From assembly GCF_021166585.1 (NCBI RefSeq), contig NZ_JAJOZE010000001.1, positions 56,062 to 80,061 of the forward strand: DNA of 24,000 bases, given 5' to 3'. The notes under the pieces are model-generated. The model had not been told where the DNA came from. It saw nothing but the letters and a program-made list of their open reading frames with translations, and made no database searches. This DNA is from Metabacillus kandeliae (GTDB lineage Bacteria; Bacillota; Bacilli; Bacillales; Bacillaceae). Both the position numbers and the translations under genes were made by a program. Shown here one piece after another: positions 15,274 through 22,511 of this stretch (its first letter is position 1; each line of letters begins with the position of its first letter).

Positions 15274-15849
15274 CTAGCCTCTTTTTTCAATTGCAATAAT
15301 AAACGGCGGATCATTACTCTGGTTAATGAATTGGTATTGCAAAACATGGGCTTTTTTTTGATCAATGCTTGCCGTGTAGTTCAGGAGTTTGCTTTTTTCT
15401 TGTTTTCCTTCTGCATGCCCATGATAAACCACAAGTACAATAATGCCTTCCGGCTTCAGCATTGGCAGCAGCGCATCTATGGCTCTGATTGTTGTTTCAG
15501 GCTTCGTAACAACTGATTTGTCGCTGCCGGGAAGATAGCCCAGATTAAATACTGCTGCGCCAATTCGCCCCTTATGTGCTTCCGGCATTACTGCCTGTAT
15601 GTTTTCATGTCCGGTTAAATGCAATGTTGCGCGGTCGCTGAGACCTTCTTTATTGATGCGGTCTTTTGTTGCCTGAATGGCTGTTTCCTGTATATCAAAA
15701 CTGTGAACATGACCGCTATCGCCTGCTGCTTTAGCGAGAAAAACGGTATCATGCCCGTTTCCAGCAGTAGCATCGACGGCAATGTCTCCTTCATGAATGG
15801 CCATCGCTAAAAGCTTCCGGCAAAAAGGAAGGATTCCGTCAAGCTTCAT
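15274..15849 (-). CDS. ytqB: SAM-dependent (rRNA-type) methyltransferase
   Basis: SAM motif I VDATAGNGHDT, acidic motif II SFDIQ, and FNLGYLPGSD. Synteny with ytqA. I prefer the start at ATG 15849 (MKLDGILPF), matching the B. subtilis N-terminus as recalled. An alternative ATG at 15873 is in frame. Confidence 0.85.
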   Translation of the reverse strand: MKLDGILPFCRKLLAMAIHEGDIAVDATAGNGHDTVFLAKAAGDSGHVHSFDIQETAIQATKDRINKEGLSDRATLHLTGHENIQAVMPEAHKGRIGAAVFNLGYLPGSDKSVVTKPETTIRAIDALLPMLKPEGIIVLVVYHGHAEGKQEKSKLLNYTASIDQKKAHVLQYQFINQSNDPPFIIAIEKRG

Positions 15850-16810
15850 GTGCCTTCTTGCCTTCCATCCCATAAAATTTACCCTGCCAGCTGTTCCGCA
15901 TCTTCATTTCTTTGTCAATGGCGTTCAGTACACTCCATTTATCAACACTCCACATCGGTCCCACCATAAGATTAATCGGGCCGTCGCCTGTAATTCGGTG
16001 AATAATCATATCAGGCGGGAGAATTTCAAGCTGGTCGCAGACAAGGCTGACATATTGATCAAATGATAAAAATTCAAGCATTCCTTTTTCATACTGTTTG
16101 ACCATTGGTGTGCCTTTTAATAAATGAAGCAAATGTATTTTCATCCCTTGCACATCCAAAGCTGCTGCAGCCCGCGCTGTTTCCATCATCATCGCTTCAT
16201 TTTCAAGCGGAAGCCCGTTAATAATATGAGTGCAGACCCTGATATTGTGCTTTCGCAGCTTCTTGACGCCTTCTTTGTAGCATTCAAAATCATGGGCTCT
16301 GTTAATAATATTGGCTGTTTTTTCATGAACAGTCTGAAGGCCAAGCTCTACCCATAAATAGGTTCGTTCGTTCAGTTCAGCAAGATATTCCACTACGTCA
16401 TCAGGAAGGCAGTCAGGTCTCGTGGCGATGGAAAGACCTACAACTCCATCAAGCCCAAGAACTGTTTCGTATTTTTCCTTCAGTACCTCCACTGGAGCAT
16501 GGGTGTTGGTAAAGGCCTGAAAATAAGCCATATACTTGCCATTTTTCCATTTATCATGCATTTTAGAGCTGATTTTTTGAAATTGGGTCACAAGGTCTTC
16601 TGCTCTGTTGCCGGCAAAATCTCCTGAGCCGGCTGCACTGCAAAAGGTGCAGCCGCCAAAAGCTTGAGTACCGTCCCGATTAGGACAGTCAAAACCGCCA
16701 TCTAATGCAACTTTAAACACTTTATGTCCAAAAATCTGCCGCAGATGATAGTTCCATGTATGATATCTTTTATCATCACTGGCATACATAAAAGGATTAT
16801 GCTGATTCAT
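15839..16810 (-). CDS. ytqA: Radical SAM protein, TIGR01212-type
   Basis: 323-aa product starting MNQHNPFMYASDDKRYHTWNY. Cysteine cluster DCPNRDGTQAFGGCTFC. RBS GGGGAGG 6 nt upstream of ATG 16810. 11-nt overlap with ytqB. Confidence 0.9.
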   Translation of the reverse strand: MNQHNPFMYASDDKRYHTWNYHLRQIFGHKVFKVALDGGFDCPNRDGTQAFGGCTFCSAAGSGDFAGNRAEDLVTQFQKISSKMHDKWKNGKYMAYFQAFTNTHAPVEVLKEKYETVLGLDGVVGLSIATRPDCLPDDVVEYLAELNERTYLWVELGLQTVHEKTANIINRAHDFECYKEGVKKLRKHNIRVCTHIINGLPLENEAMMMETARAAAALDVQGMKIHLLHLLKGTPMVKQYEKGMLEFLSFDQYVSLVCDQLEILPPDMIIHRITGDGPINLMVGPMWSVDKWSVLNAIDKEMKMRNSWQGKFYGMEGKKAHEA

Positions 16811-16976
16811 CAGGTACCTCCCCTGAGAAGAAAAGTTCATCAGGACATATTACCACAAACTGATACAAAAAACAAGGCGCCTGCCAATTATTGAAACGTT
16901 TATTTGCAGCGGATTACCGCAAACTAATGAGGAAGCTTTCTATAGGGAGCTGCATCGAGAAGGGGAGGCTTTTCGG

Positions 16977-17240
16977 ATGGCAACAAGACAATCTGTAACA
17001 GATCACTTGAACATGTGCTCAGAAACGCTGTCTTATGCACAGGGGCAATACCATAACGGCCGCATGCAGGAGCACTACAACGATACAGAATACACAAAGG
17101 CACAGCAGATGCTGGAGGATGCCGTAAATGATAGTAACAAATTGTCATTAAGTGCAAATGACCAGCAGAAAGAAGAGCTTTACCGCATGAGACTTCAGCT
17201 TCAAGAGCTTCAAAACGAAATGATTCTTCAGCGCCATTAG
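16977..17240 (+). CDS. ytzC: Small coiled-coil protein, YtzC/DUF2524-like
   Basis: 87-aa ORF with RBS GGGGAGG 7 nt upstream. Its position between ytqA and ytrA matches B. subtilis ytzC. I recognise no catalytic motifs. Confidence 0.7.
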   Translation: MATRQSVTDHLNMCSETLSYAQGQYHNGRMQEHYNDTEYTKAQQMLEDAVNDSNKLSLSANDQQKEELYRMRLQLQELQNEMILQRH

Positions 17241-17251
17241 GGGGAAGCCAT

Positions 17252-17410
17252 ATGAAAAAGAGATCAAAGCAAAACAATCCAGAACAAAAAACAAAAAATG
17301 GCAGCAAGCATGATTTTGAATTTGGAAAAGAAGCCTCAGCTTTAGAAAACGTTAAAGTCAAAAATTCTAAAAAAAGCCAGCCGGTCAAATCCAAGCAGCA
17401 TCAGGAATAA
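17252..17410 (+). CDS. Hypothetical small lysine-rich protein (52 aa), not in the supplied ORF track
   Basis: My own translation is MKKRSKQNNPEQKTKNGSKHDFEFGKEASALENVKVKNSKKSQPVKSKQHQE. ATG 17252 is 5 nt after AGGGGGAA and 11 nt after the ytzC stop. The composition is low-complexity and basic. Confidence 0.45.
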   Translation: MKKRSKQNNPEQKTKNGSKHDFEFGKEASALENVKVKNSKKSQPVKSKQHQE

Positions 17411-17418
17411 ATGATAGA

Positions 17419-17467
17419 GCCTCCAGGTTTTTCTTTCAGCGCGTACGGGAAAGAGAACACTGGAGGC
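17419..17467 (+). promoter_or_regulatory. Long RNA hairpin whose 3' arm contains the Shine-Dalgarno sequence of the next small ORF
   Basis: GCCTCCAG (17419-17426) pairs with CTGGAGGC (17460-17467). The stem extends inward through GTTTTTCTTTC/GGAAAGAGAAC with G-U pairs and one mismatch. No T-run follows. Confidence 0.45.
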
Positions 17468-17474
17468 GATTAAT

Positions 17475-17654
17475 ATGGACATGAGAACCTATGTTGTGCA
17501 ATATACCGACAAGGATACACTTGAAAGAGTCTTTACAGGGCCTGTATTTCCTACAGAAGAGCAGGCTTACGAAAAACAGACTGAGCTTGAAGAAAAAGGC
17601 CATTTAGACGTAGTCTTCACGAGTGAAAATGACATCCTGGAAGACAGGGAATAG
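17475..17654 (+). CDS. Hypothetical small acidic protein (59 aa), not in the supplied ORF track
   Basis: My own translation is MDMRTYVVQYTDKDTLERVFTGPVFPTEEQAYEKQTELEEKGHLDVVFTSENDILEDRE. GGAGG at 17462-17466 is 8 nt before the ATG. A terminator follows directly. Confidence 0.55.
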   Translation: MDMRTYVVQYTDKDTLERVFTGPVFPTEEQAYEKQTELEEKGHLDVVFTSENDILEDRE

Positions 17655-17666
17655 AGCTTTAGAGTG

Positions 17667-17689
17667 GCAGCCTGCGGGCTGTTTTTTTT
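17667..17689 (+). terminator. Intrinsic terminator after the ytzC/small-ORF unit
   Basis: GCAGCC-TGCG-GGCTGT stem-loop followed by T8. Confidence 0.7.
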
Positions 17690-17716
17690 CTTGGTTAAAA
17701 GAGTGCCGGTTTTAGG

Positions 17717-17812
17717 GTTCGCCGATATAATCAGCAGTTCGCCGATATATTGAAAAGAGTGCTCGATATCCTGGAAGAATCCGCCGATAAAAAGAGGACA
17801 ACCGCTGATTTT
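17717..17812. repeat. Five direct copies of a GCCGATA-core motif at 20-21 bp spacing
   Basis: GTTCGCCGATATA is perfectly repeated at 17717-17729 and 17737-17749. Degenerate copies are CTCGATA (17762), GCCGATA (17783) and GCTGATT (17804). Confidence 0.7.
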
Positions 17813-17849
17813 TGTTCCAGAATACAGCTATAAATAAATCAACCCCAAA

Positions 17850-17888
17850 CCGGCCCTTAGTTAATAAAAGGGCCGGTATTTTCATTTT
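17850..17888 (+). terminator. Strong hairpin plus T-rich tail (second terminator/insulator upstream of the ytrA promoter)
   Basis: CCGGCCCTT (17850-17858) pairs with AAGGGCCGG (17868-17876) across a 9-nt loop, followed by TATTTTCATTTTCTT. Confidence 0.65.
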
Positions 17889-17915
17889 CTTGTTAAATTT
17901 TTCTGGAAAAACAAG

Positions 17916-17944
17916 TTGACTTTTTATCAATCACTATTTATTGT
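17916..17944 (+). promoter_or_regulatory. Putative sigma-A promoter of the ytr operon
   Basis: -35 TTGACT (17916-17921), 17-bp spacer, -10 TATTGT (17939-17944). The operator-like repeats start 5 nt downstream. Confidence 0.55.
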
Positions 17945-17948
17945 ATTA

Positions 17949-17973
17949 AGTGTACTACACTAATTAATACACT
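17949..17973 (+). promoter_or_regulatory. Putative YtrA operator: AGTGTA-13 bp-TACACT inverted repeat
   Basis: AGTGTA at 17949-17954 and TACACT at 17968-17973. This matches the inverted repeat I recall being reported for B. subtilis YtrA targets. It overlaps the expected transcription start. Confidence 0.6.
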
Positions 17974-18008
17974 AATTAATACACTAATTAATACACTAAT
18001 TAATACAC
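17956..18008. repeat. Perfect 12-bp tandem repeat (TACACTAATTAA) x4 plus a partial fifth unit
   Basis: Units at 17956, 17968, 17980 and 17992, then TACAC at 18004-18008. I counted these directly. Confidence 0.95.
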
Positions 18009-18082
18009 ACAGAAATAGGAAGCACCAGAACCGTCCCCATGCTTCCTACAATTCAACCCATATGGAGAAAGAAGGGAGATCG

Positions 18083-18472
18083 ATGGTCATAATTGATCCT
18101 CGAAGCTCAACCCCTATCTATGAACAAGTTATTCAGCAGATGAAAGAACTCTGCTTAAGAGGGGTGCTGAAGCCGGGTGACAAGCTGCCTTCTGTCAGGG
18201 AGCTTTCCACCATCATTGTGGCAAACCCGAATACAGTGGCGAAAGCTTATAAGGAACTTGAAAGAGAAGGGATTATCGAGACGCTGCGCGGAAGAGGGAC
18301 CTTTGTTTCCGAGACAGCAACAATAAAACTTGATGAGGGGAAGATCAGCATGCTGAAGGATCAGCTGAAAACACTGATAGTTGATGCGGTATACGCAGGA
18401 ATAGATGTTGATGACATCCATGAATGGATTGAAGATATCAAGAAGGAAGTTGGGGGGGAGAAAGATGCTTGA
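18083..18472 (+). CDS. ytrA: GntR-family (YtrA subfamily) transcriptional repressor
   Basis: 129-aa product MVIIDPRSSTPIYEQVIQQMKELCLRGVLKPGDKLPSVRELS...NPNTVAKAYKELEREGIIETLRGRGTFV. Winged HTH with the short C-terminal domain typical of YtrA. AAGGGAG lies just upstream of ATG 18083. The ORF-track start at 18062 adds 7 residues. Confidence 0.92.
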   Translation: MVIIDPRSSTPIYEQVIQQMKELCLRGVLKPGDKLPSVRELSTIIVANPNTVAKAYKELEREGIIETLRGRGTFVSETATIKLDEGKISMLKDQLKTLIVDAVYAGIDVDDIHEWIEDIKKEVGGEKDA

Positions 18473-19355
18473 AGTTAAAAATATAACAAAGAAACTGGAC
18501 AATGAGCTTGTGCTTGATTCTGTTTCTTTCACGCTCAATCAAGGTGAAATTTTTGGGCTGCTGGGCAGAAATGGCTCTGGAAAAACAACCCTTCTCCGCA
18601 TCATCCAGCAAATTCTTCTTCCCGATGAAGGGGATGTACTGTTTGAGAATGTTTCCATTCACATGCACCCGCTTGTGAAAAGGAAAATTTTCTATATGCC
18701 TGTACAAAACCTTTATTATGAGCGGTTCTCCTACATGGACTTAGTAAAGCTTTATAAAAGAATTTACCCCGATTTTGACGAAGAGTATGCGGGAAAATTA
18801 ATGGACCGCTACAGTCTTTCAAAAACAAAAAAATACCGGGAGCTGTCTACAGGTTTGAAAAAACAGCTTTCCCTTGTAATGGCCTTCGCTTCAAGGCCGG
18901 CTGTTATCCTTTTGGATGAGCCGACTGATGGTGTTGATGCTGTTACGCGGCATGATCTTTTGGAGCTGATGATCAGAGAGGTTGCTGACCGGAATACAGC
19001 CATACTGATTACCTCGCACAGGCTGGAGGATCTGGAGAGAATTTGCAGCAGAATTGGATTCCTTGAAGACAGCCGTCTGACTGGCATGACAGAATTAGAT
19101 GACCTAAAAGGAGATTTTACAAAAATACAATTCGCTATTGAAGAAAATGTCCTGTCTCTTTTGGAAGAAAGAAATATTCCGGTATTGAGCCAAACGGGAG
19201 TTTTTTATACGATTTTACTTCCAAAAAATGATGTAAAAAGCAGAAACTGGCTGAAAAACCTTCATCCAAATATATGGAATGAGATGCCAATCAGCCTTGA
19301 GGAAGTCTTTATTGCGAAATTTGGAGGGAAACGACAATGGCAGGAACAGGATTGA
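18465..19355 (+). CDS. ytrB: ABC transporter ATP-binding protein
   Basis: Walker A GRNGSGKTT, signature-like LSTGLKKQ, Walker B VILLDEPTDGVD, H-loop ITSHR. ATG 18465 is preceded by GGGGGGAG and overlaps the ytrA stop (ATGCTTGA). Confidence 0.9.
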   Translation: MLEVKNITKKLDNELVLDSVSFTLNQGEIFGLLGRNGSGKTTLLRIIQQILLPDEGDVLFENVSIHMHPLVKRKIFYMPVQNLYYERFSYMDLVKLYKRIYPDFDEEYAGKLMDRYSLSKTKKYRELSTGLKKQLSLVMAFASRPAVILLDEPTDGVDAVTRHDLLELMIREVADRNTAILITSHRLEDLERICSRIGFLEDSRLTGMTELDDLKGDFTKIQFAIEENVLSLLEERNIPVLSQTGVFYTILLPKNDVKSRNWLKNLHPNIWNEMPISLEEVFIAKFGGKRQWQEQD

Positions 19356-20284
19356 TTTATAAAGAGTGGCAGCAGTCAAAGCTTGCCTATGTACTCCTTT
19401 GGCTGTTTGTCTCTTTGCAGGTGCCGCTCTTAATATGGTCAGCGTACTCCAATTATCTGGAAACCTTAAAGCACAACAAGCACGCTGTGTTTCAATTAGA
19501 TTTCGAGAACCATTTATCACTTGGATTTACTATTTTATTTCCCTTCTTTCTTGCTCTATCTCAGCTTGGTTTAGAGAGAAGCAGAGGAACAATGGATTTT
19601 ACCCTTGCTCTTCCTTTTTCAAGAAGAAGGCTATTTCTTACAAAGTGGATTTCCGGCATTGCAAGCTTGCTCGGATCCGTCTTGATTTCCTATTTGATTG
19701 CAGCTGCCGCTCTTCAGGCAACACATGCTGTTGTTACAGGGATAAACCATCATTATTTGTTGTATGCAGCCTCTCTGTTGATGTTTTACTCCCTTTTCTT
19801 TGCAGCCGGCTGTCTGACAGGCACCGCCTTTGCACAAGGATTGGTTGCTTTTAGCACGGCCATTTTTCCGGTACTTGCTTATCTCTTAATTCTATCAAAT
19901 TTAAACGTATTCCATATTTATCCTGATAACGGACCCTGGAATCACATGAACACCTTTTCACCGCTCAGTTATACATCTTTGGCGAGATCAGGACAGTTAA
20001 ATATTTGGGTTCCCGTTTCTTATGCCATCATTTTTTCGATTATTGCTTATTTCTGCTTCCAAAAGCAGCCTGCAGAGCGGAATGGCAGCTTCTTTCTTTG
20101 GAAGCAGCTGAATGCACCAGTGCAGGCGATTGTCGTTTTACTTGGCGTCCTCGGCTTTGGAGCAGCAGGCCATGGTTTTTCATCTGGAAGCATTGTTGGC
20201 TACGTCCTCGGACTGATTATAGGTGCAGCCGCAGGCTTTGCCGTCAGCTACTTTATCATTTACCGGAAATATAAATTAGGATAG
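19337..20284 (+). CDS. ytrC: ABC-2-type transporter permease, YtrC/YtrD-like (single copy)
   Basis: 315-aa ORF with about 6 hydrophobic helices. RBS GGAGGG 8 nt upstream. 19-nt overlap with ytrB. Its position is equivalent to ytrC/ytrD. Confidence 0.8.
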   Translation: MAGTGLIYKEWQQSKLAYVLLWLFVSLQVPLLIWSAYSNYLETLKHNKHAVFQLDFENHLSLGFTILFPFFLALSQLGLERSRGTMDFTLALPFSRRRLFLTKWISGIASLLGSVLISYLIAAAALQATHAVVTGINHHYLLYAASLLMFYSLFFAAGCLTGTAFAQGLVAFSTAIFPVLAYLLILSNLNVFHIYPDNGPWNHMNTFSPLSYTSLARSGQLNIWVPVSYAIIFSIIAYFCFQKQPAERNGSFFLWKQLNAPVQAIVVLLGVLGFGAAGHGFSSGSIVGYVLGLIIGAAAGFAVSYFIIYRKYKLG

Positions 20285-20295
20285 GAGGTTCTGGG

Positions 20296-20994
20296 ATGAT
20301 CAGTGTTAAGAACCTTTCTCATTCTTTCTATATTGGGAAGAAAGGGAAAGAAAAAGAAATCCCCGTTTTAAAGAACATATCATTAACCATTGAAAAGGGT
20401 GAGATGGCGTCGATTTTAGGGCGCAGCGGTTCGGGAAAATCTACCTTGCTGAATCTGATTTCAGGCTACATGAAGCCGGATTCAGGAACTCTGCATATTG
20501 CAGGGAAAGATGTTACCTCTAACAGCGAATCTGAATGGGCGGCATTCCGGCTGCAGCATATGGGCTTTATCTTTCAGAGCTTTCAGCTTATTCCAGGGCT
20601 GACTGCGAGCGAAAATATCGAACTGCCGCTCACCTTAAAGGGATTGGCAGAGCCTGAAAGAAAAGAGCAGGTAAGAGAAATGCTCAGCAGAATCGGGCTT
20701 GAACAACATGGAGGCCATTATCCAAGCGAGCTTTCGGGGGGGCAGCAGCAGCGTGTCAGCATCGGAAGGGCACTTATTTCTAAGCCTGACATGATCCTCG
20801 CAGATGAACCCACAGGGAGCCTTGATACAGAAACTGAGCAGGAAATTCTTCAGCTTATGAAAGAATTAAACCGGGAGCAGCAGATTACCTTCTTCATTAT
20901 TACCCATGATGAAGAAGTAGCAAAAATCAGCACAAAACAATACCGCCTGACAGATGGCATGCTGGAAAGAGAAGGTGCTTCTGTTGAAATTTAA
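20296..20994 (+). CDS. ytrE: ABC transporter ATP-binding protein, MacB/LolD-like
   Basis: Walker [11 protein letters not shown]-loop FIFQSF, signature LSGGQQQR, Walker [14 protein letters not shown]-loop ITHD. RBS AGGAGG 7 nt upstream. Confidence 0.92.
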   Translation: MISVKNLSHSFYIGKKGKEKEIPVLKNISLTIEKGEMASILGRSGSGKSTLLNLISGYMKPDSGTLHIAGKDVTSNSESEWAAFRLQHMGFIFQSFQLIPGLTASENIELPLTLKGLAEPERKEQVREMLSRIGLEQHGGHYPSELSGGQQQRVSIGRALISKPDMILADEPTGSLDTETEQEILQLMKELNREQQITFFIITHDEEVAKISTKQYRLTDGMLEREGASVEI

Positions 20995-22267
20995 AGATCA
21001 GGTTATTCATATACGAAGAAACATGAAGAAAAACAGGCTGCGTCTGTTTATGACAGTGCTCGCCACCGCAATGGGCTGCGCTTTCCTTATTGTTCTCGCC
21101 TCCATTGGTTTCGGCTTTCAAAAATCAGCTGAAGATGAGATTGCTAAACAGATGGTTTTAACACAGGCAAATATTATGGGAAAACAGGTCAATGGCAAAG
21201 AGCAGGAAATTGGACCTGAGGATCTGAAGGAGATGGAAAGCATTGACGGCGTCAAAGCTGTGGTTCATAGACTGCCGGTTAGCGGAGAGCTGTCGATGGA
21301 GGGGCGGAAAAGCATTGAAGTCCAGCCGTATTTGACAGATTTAAAAGAAGAACAAAAATCAGATCTTCAGCTGGAAGCAGGAAGACTTCCAAAGGCAGAA
21401 AACGAAGTACTGGCAGGCTATCATTTAGCTGGAACACTGCTAACGGCTGAAGAAAGAAAACAGTTTGAAAAAAACATGAATGGCGAGGACGTAGCGCTTC
21501 CGAAAGGCTTTTCAGAAAGCTTGATTGGAAAAACCGTTTCCTTGAACGTGCAAGGAAAAGGAAAACAGGAAACAGAATCTCAAGACTTTAAGATTGTGGG
21601 AATCGTGAAAAAACCATCGCTTGAATATGCCAGAGATACAACTCTATTAATCAGTGAAGCTTATAAAGAAAAATTAGAAGGAATAACAGGCAGTAAATAC
21701 TCACACTATGATCCGCTGCGCGCTTATGCCGTTTCCATCGATAAAGTGGAGAATATCTCCAATGCCCTGAAAGAGAAAGGGTACCTTGTTGACTCTGTGT
21801 CAGAGAGAATAAAAGGGATGAGCGTCTTTTTTAACGCGCTTAAAATTGGATTGATTTTTGTCGGAGCGGTTGCCGTTCTGATCGCATCGATTGGGATTTT
21901 CAATACTATGACAATGGCTGTATCCGAAAGAACCCAGGAAATCGGCATTATGAAAGCGGTCGGTGCGCAGCCTGCAGTGATTAAAAGGCTGTTTTTGCTG
22001 GAAAGTGCCTGGATCGGCGTGATTGGCTCTGTTATCGGCATTCTCGTCTCCTATCTCATCAGCATCGCTGCGAACACAGTAATCCCGATGATCCTATCCT
22101 CCACAGCTGGAGGCGGACGGTTTGATATGACCTTCTCCTACATTCCGCCGAGCTTAGTCGCTATCTCTGCTGCCATCAGCATCGGCGTAGCCATTTTATC
22201 AGGACTCAGGCCTGCCGCAAAAGCAACGAGAATTAGTGTGCTGTCAGCACTTAGAAGAGAAGCATAG
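20984..22267 (+). CDS. ytrF: FtsX/MacB-type ABC transporter permease
   Basis: N-terminal TM (RLFMTVLATAMGCAFLIVLASIGFG), large extracytoplasmic domain, and C-terminal FtsX 3-helix bundle (IGIFNTMTMAVSERTQEIGIMKAVGA). I prefer TTG 20984 ([16 protein letters not shown]), which aligns with the B. subtilis YtrF N-terminus as recalled. GTG 20975 and ATG 20954 are in-frame alternatives inside ytrE. Confidence 0.88.
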   Translation: MKFKDQVIHIRRNMKKNRLRLFMTVLATAMGCAFLIVLASIGFGFQKSAEDEIAKQMVLTQANIMGKQVNGKEQEIGPEDLKEMESIDGVKAVVHRLPVSGELSMEGRKSIEVQPYLTDLKEEQKSDLQLEAGRLPKAENEVLAGYHLAGTLLTAEERKQFEKNMNGEDVALPKGFSESLIGKTVSLNVQGKGKQETESQDFKIVGIVKKPSLEYARDTTLLISEAYKEKLEGITGSKYSHYDPLRAYAVSIDKVENISNALKEKGYLVDSVSERIKGMSVFFNALKIGLIFVGAVAVLIASIGIFNTMTMAVSERTQEIGIMKAVGAQPAVIKRLFLLESAWIGVIGSVIGILVSYLISIAANTVIPMILSSTAGGGRFDMTFSYIPPSLVAISAAISIGVAILSGLRPAAKATRISVLSALRREA

Positions 22268-22384
22268 CGGCTATTCCCGGCAATGCCATAAACAGTAAAA
22301 GACATGTTCAGCTGAAAGTAAAAGCAGTCTGAAAACATAGAAAGATTACAAAGTAAAAACAATGAAAAAATAGATGTAAATCTA

Positions 22385-22413
22385 TTGAAAAATAAAGAAA
22401 AACGGCATACAAT
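22385..22413 (+). promoter_or_regulatory. Putative sigma-A promoter
   Basis: TTGAAA (22385-22390), 17-bp spacer, TACAAT (22408-22413). Confidence 0.45.
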
Positions 22414-22437
22414 CACAATTGGAATTGAAGTTAATAC

Positions 22438-22468
22438 GCGGAGGCGCAGAGCGCTTTCGTCTTTTTTA
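22438..22468 (+). terminator. Terminator-like hairpin with double T-tract
   Basis: A stem of about 10 bp at 22438-22460 (GCGGAGGCGC-AGA-GCGCTTTCGT, including three G-U pairs), followed by CTTTTTTATGGTCTTTTTT. Confidence 0.5.
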
Positions 22469-22511
22469 TGGTCTTTTTTATTCAATACTTAGTCAGCCTG
22501 ATTCTTTAGAA

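Noticed and set aside
16924-17394. 156-aa ORF on the minus strand.
   Set aside because: It is antisense to ytzC and to the 52-aa ORF. It has no SD and a Cys/Leu/Phe-rich composition typical of a shadow frame. The plus-strand genes have RBSs and syntenic support.
17726-17731. Perfect TATAAT inside the first GCCGATA repeat, plus a weak resemblance of the reverse complement (CGGCGAA) to a Spo0A box (TGNCGAA).
   Set aside because: There is no acceptable -35 or TG extension at 16-18 bp. The 0A-box match misses the first conserved T and holds only for two of the five copies.
17897-17914. CodY-box-like palindrome ATTTTTCTGGAAAAA just upstream of the ytrA -35 element.
   Set aside because: It matches the AATTTTCWGAAAATT consensus at only about 11 of 15 positions, in an AT-rich context. 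That is not enough to call without binding data.
17712-17930. 72-aa ORF on the minus strand across the ytzC-ytrA intergenic region.
   Set aside because: It runs through the GCCGATA repeats (giving YRR repeats in shifting register), a terminator hairpin and the ytrA promoter. It has no RBS.
18017-18047. 8-bp hairpin AGGAAGCA...TGCTTCCT in the ytrA 5' UTR.
   Set aside because: It has a 15-nt loop and no T-tract, so it is not a terminator. It may simply stabilise the 5' end, and I have no evidence for a regulatory role.
19366-19854. Internal out-of-frame and antisense ORFs of 60-160 aa inside confirmed genes, for example 19366-19854, 12240-12533, 13102-13461, 3132-3467, 4102-4467, 21724-22041 and 10399-10725.
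   Set aside because: They are fully nested in well-supported CDSs, lack RBSs, and have Cys/Arg/Ser-rich shadow-frame composition.
22138-22485. 115-aa ORF on the minus strand.
   Set aside because: It overlaps the ytrF 3' end antisense and an AT-rich intergenic region containing a promoter and terminator. Its composition is low-complexity and it has no RBS.
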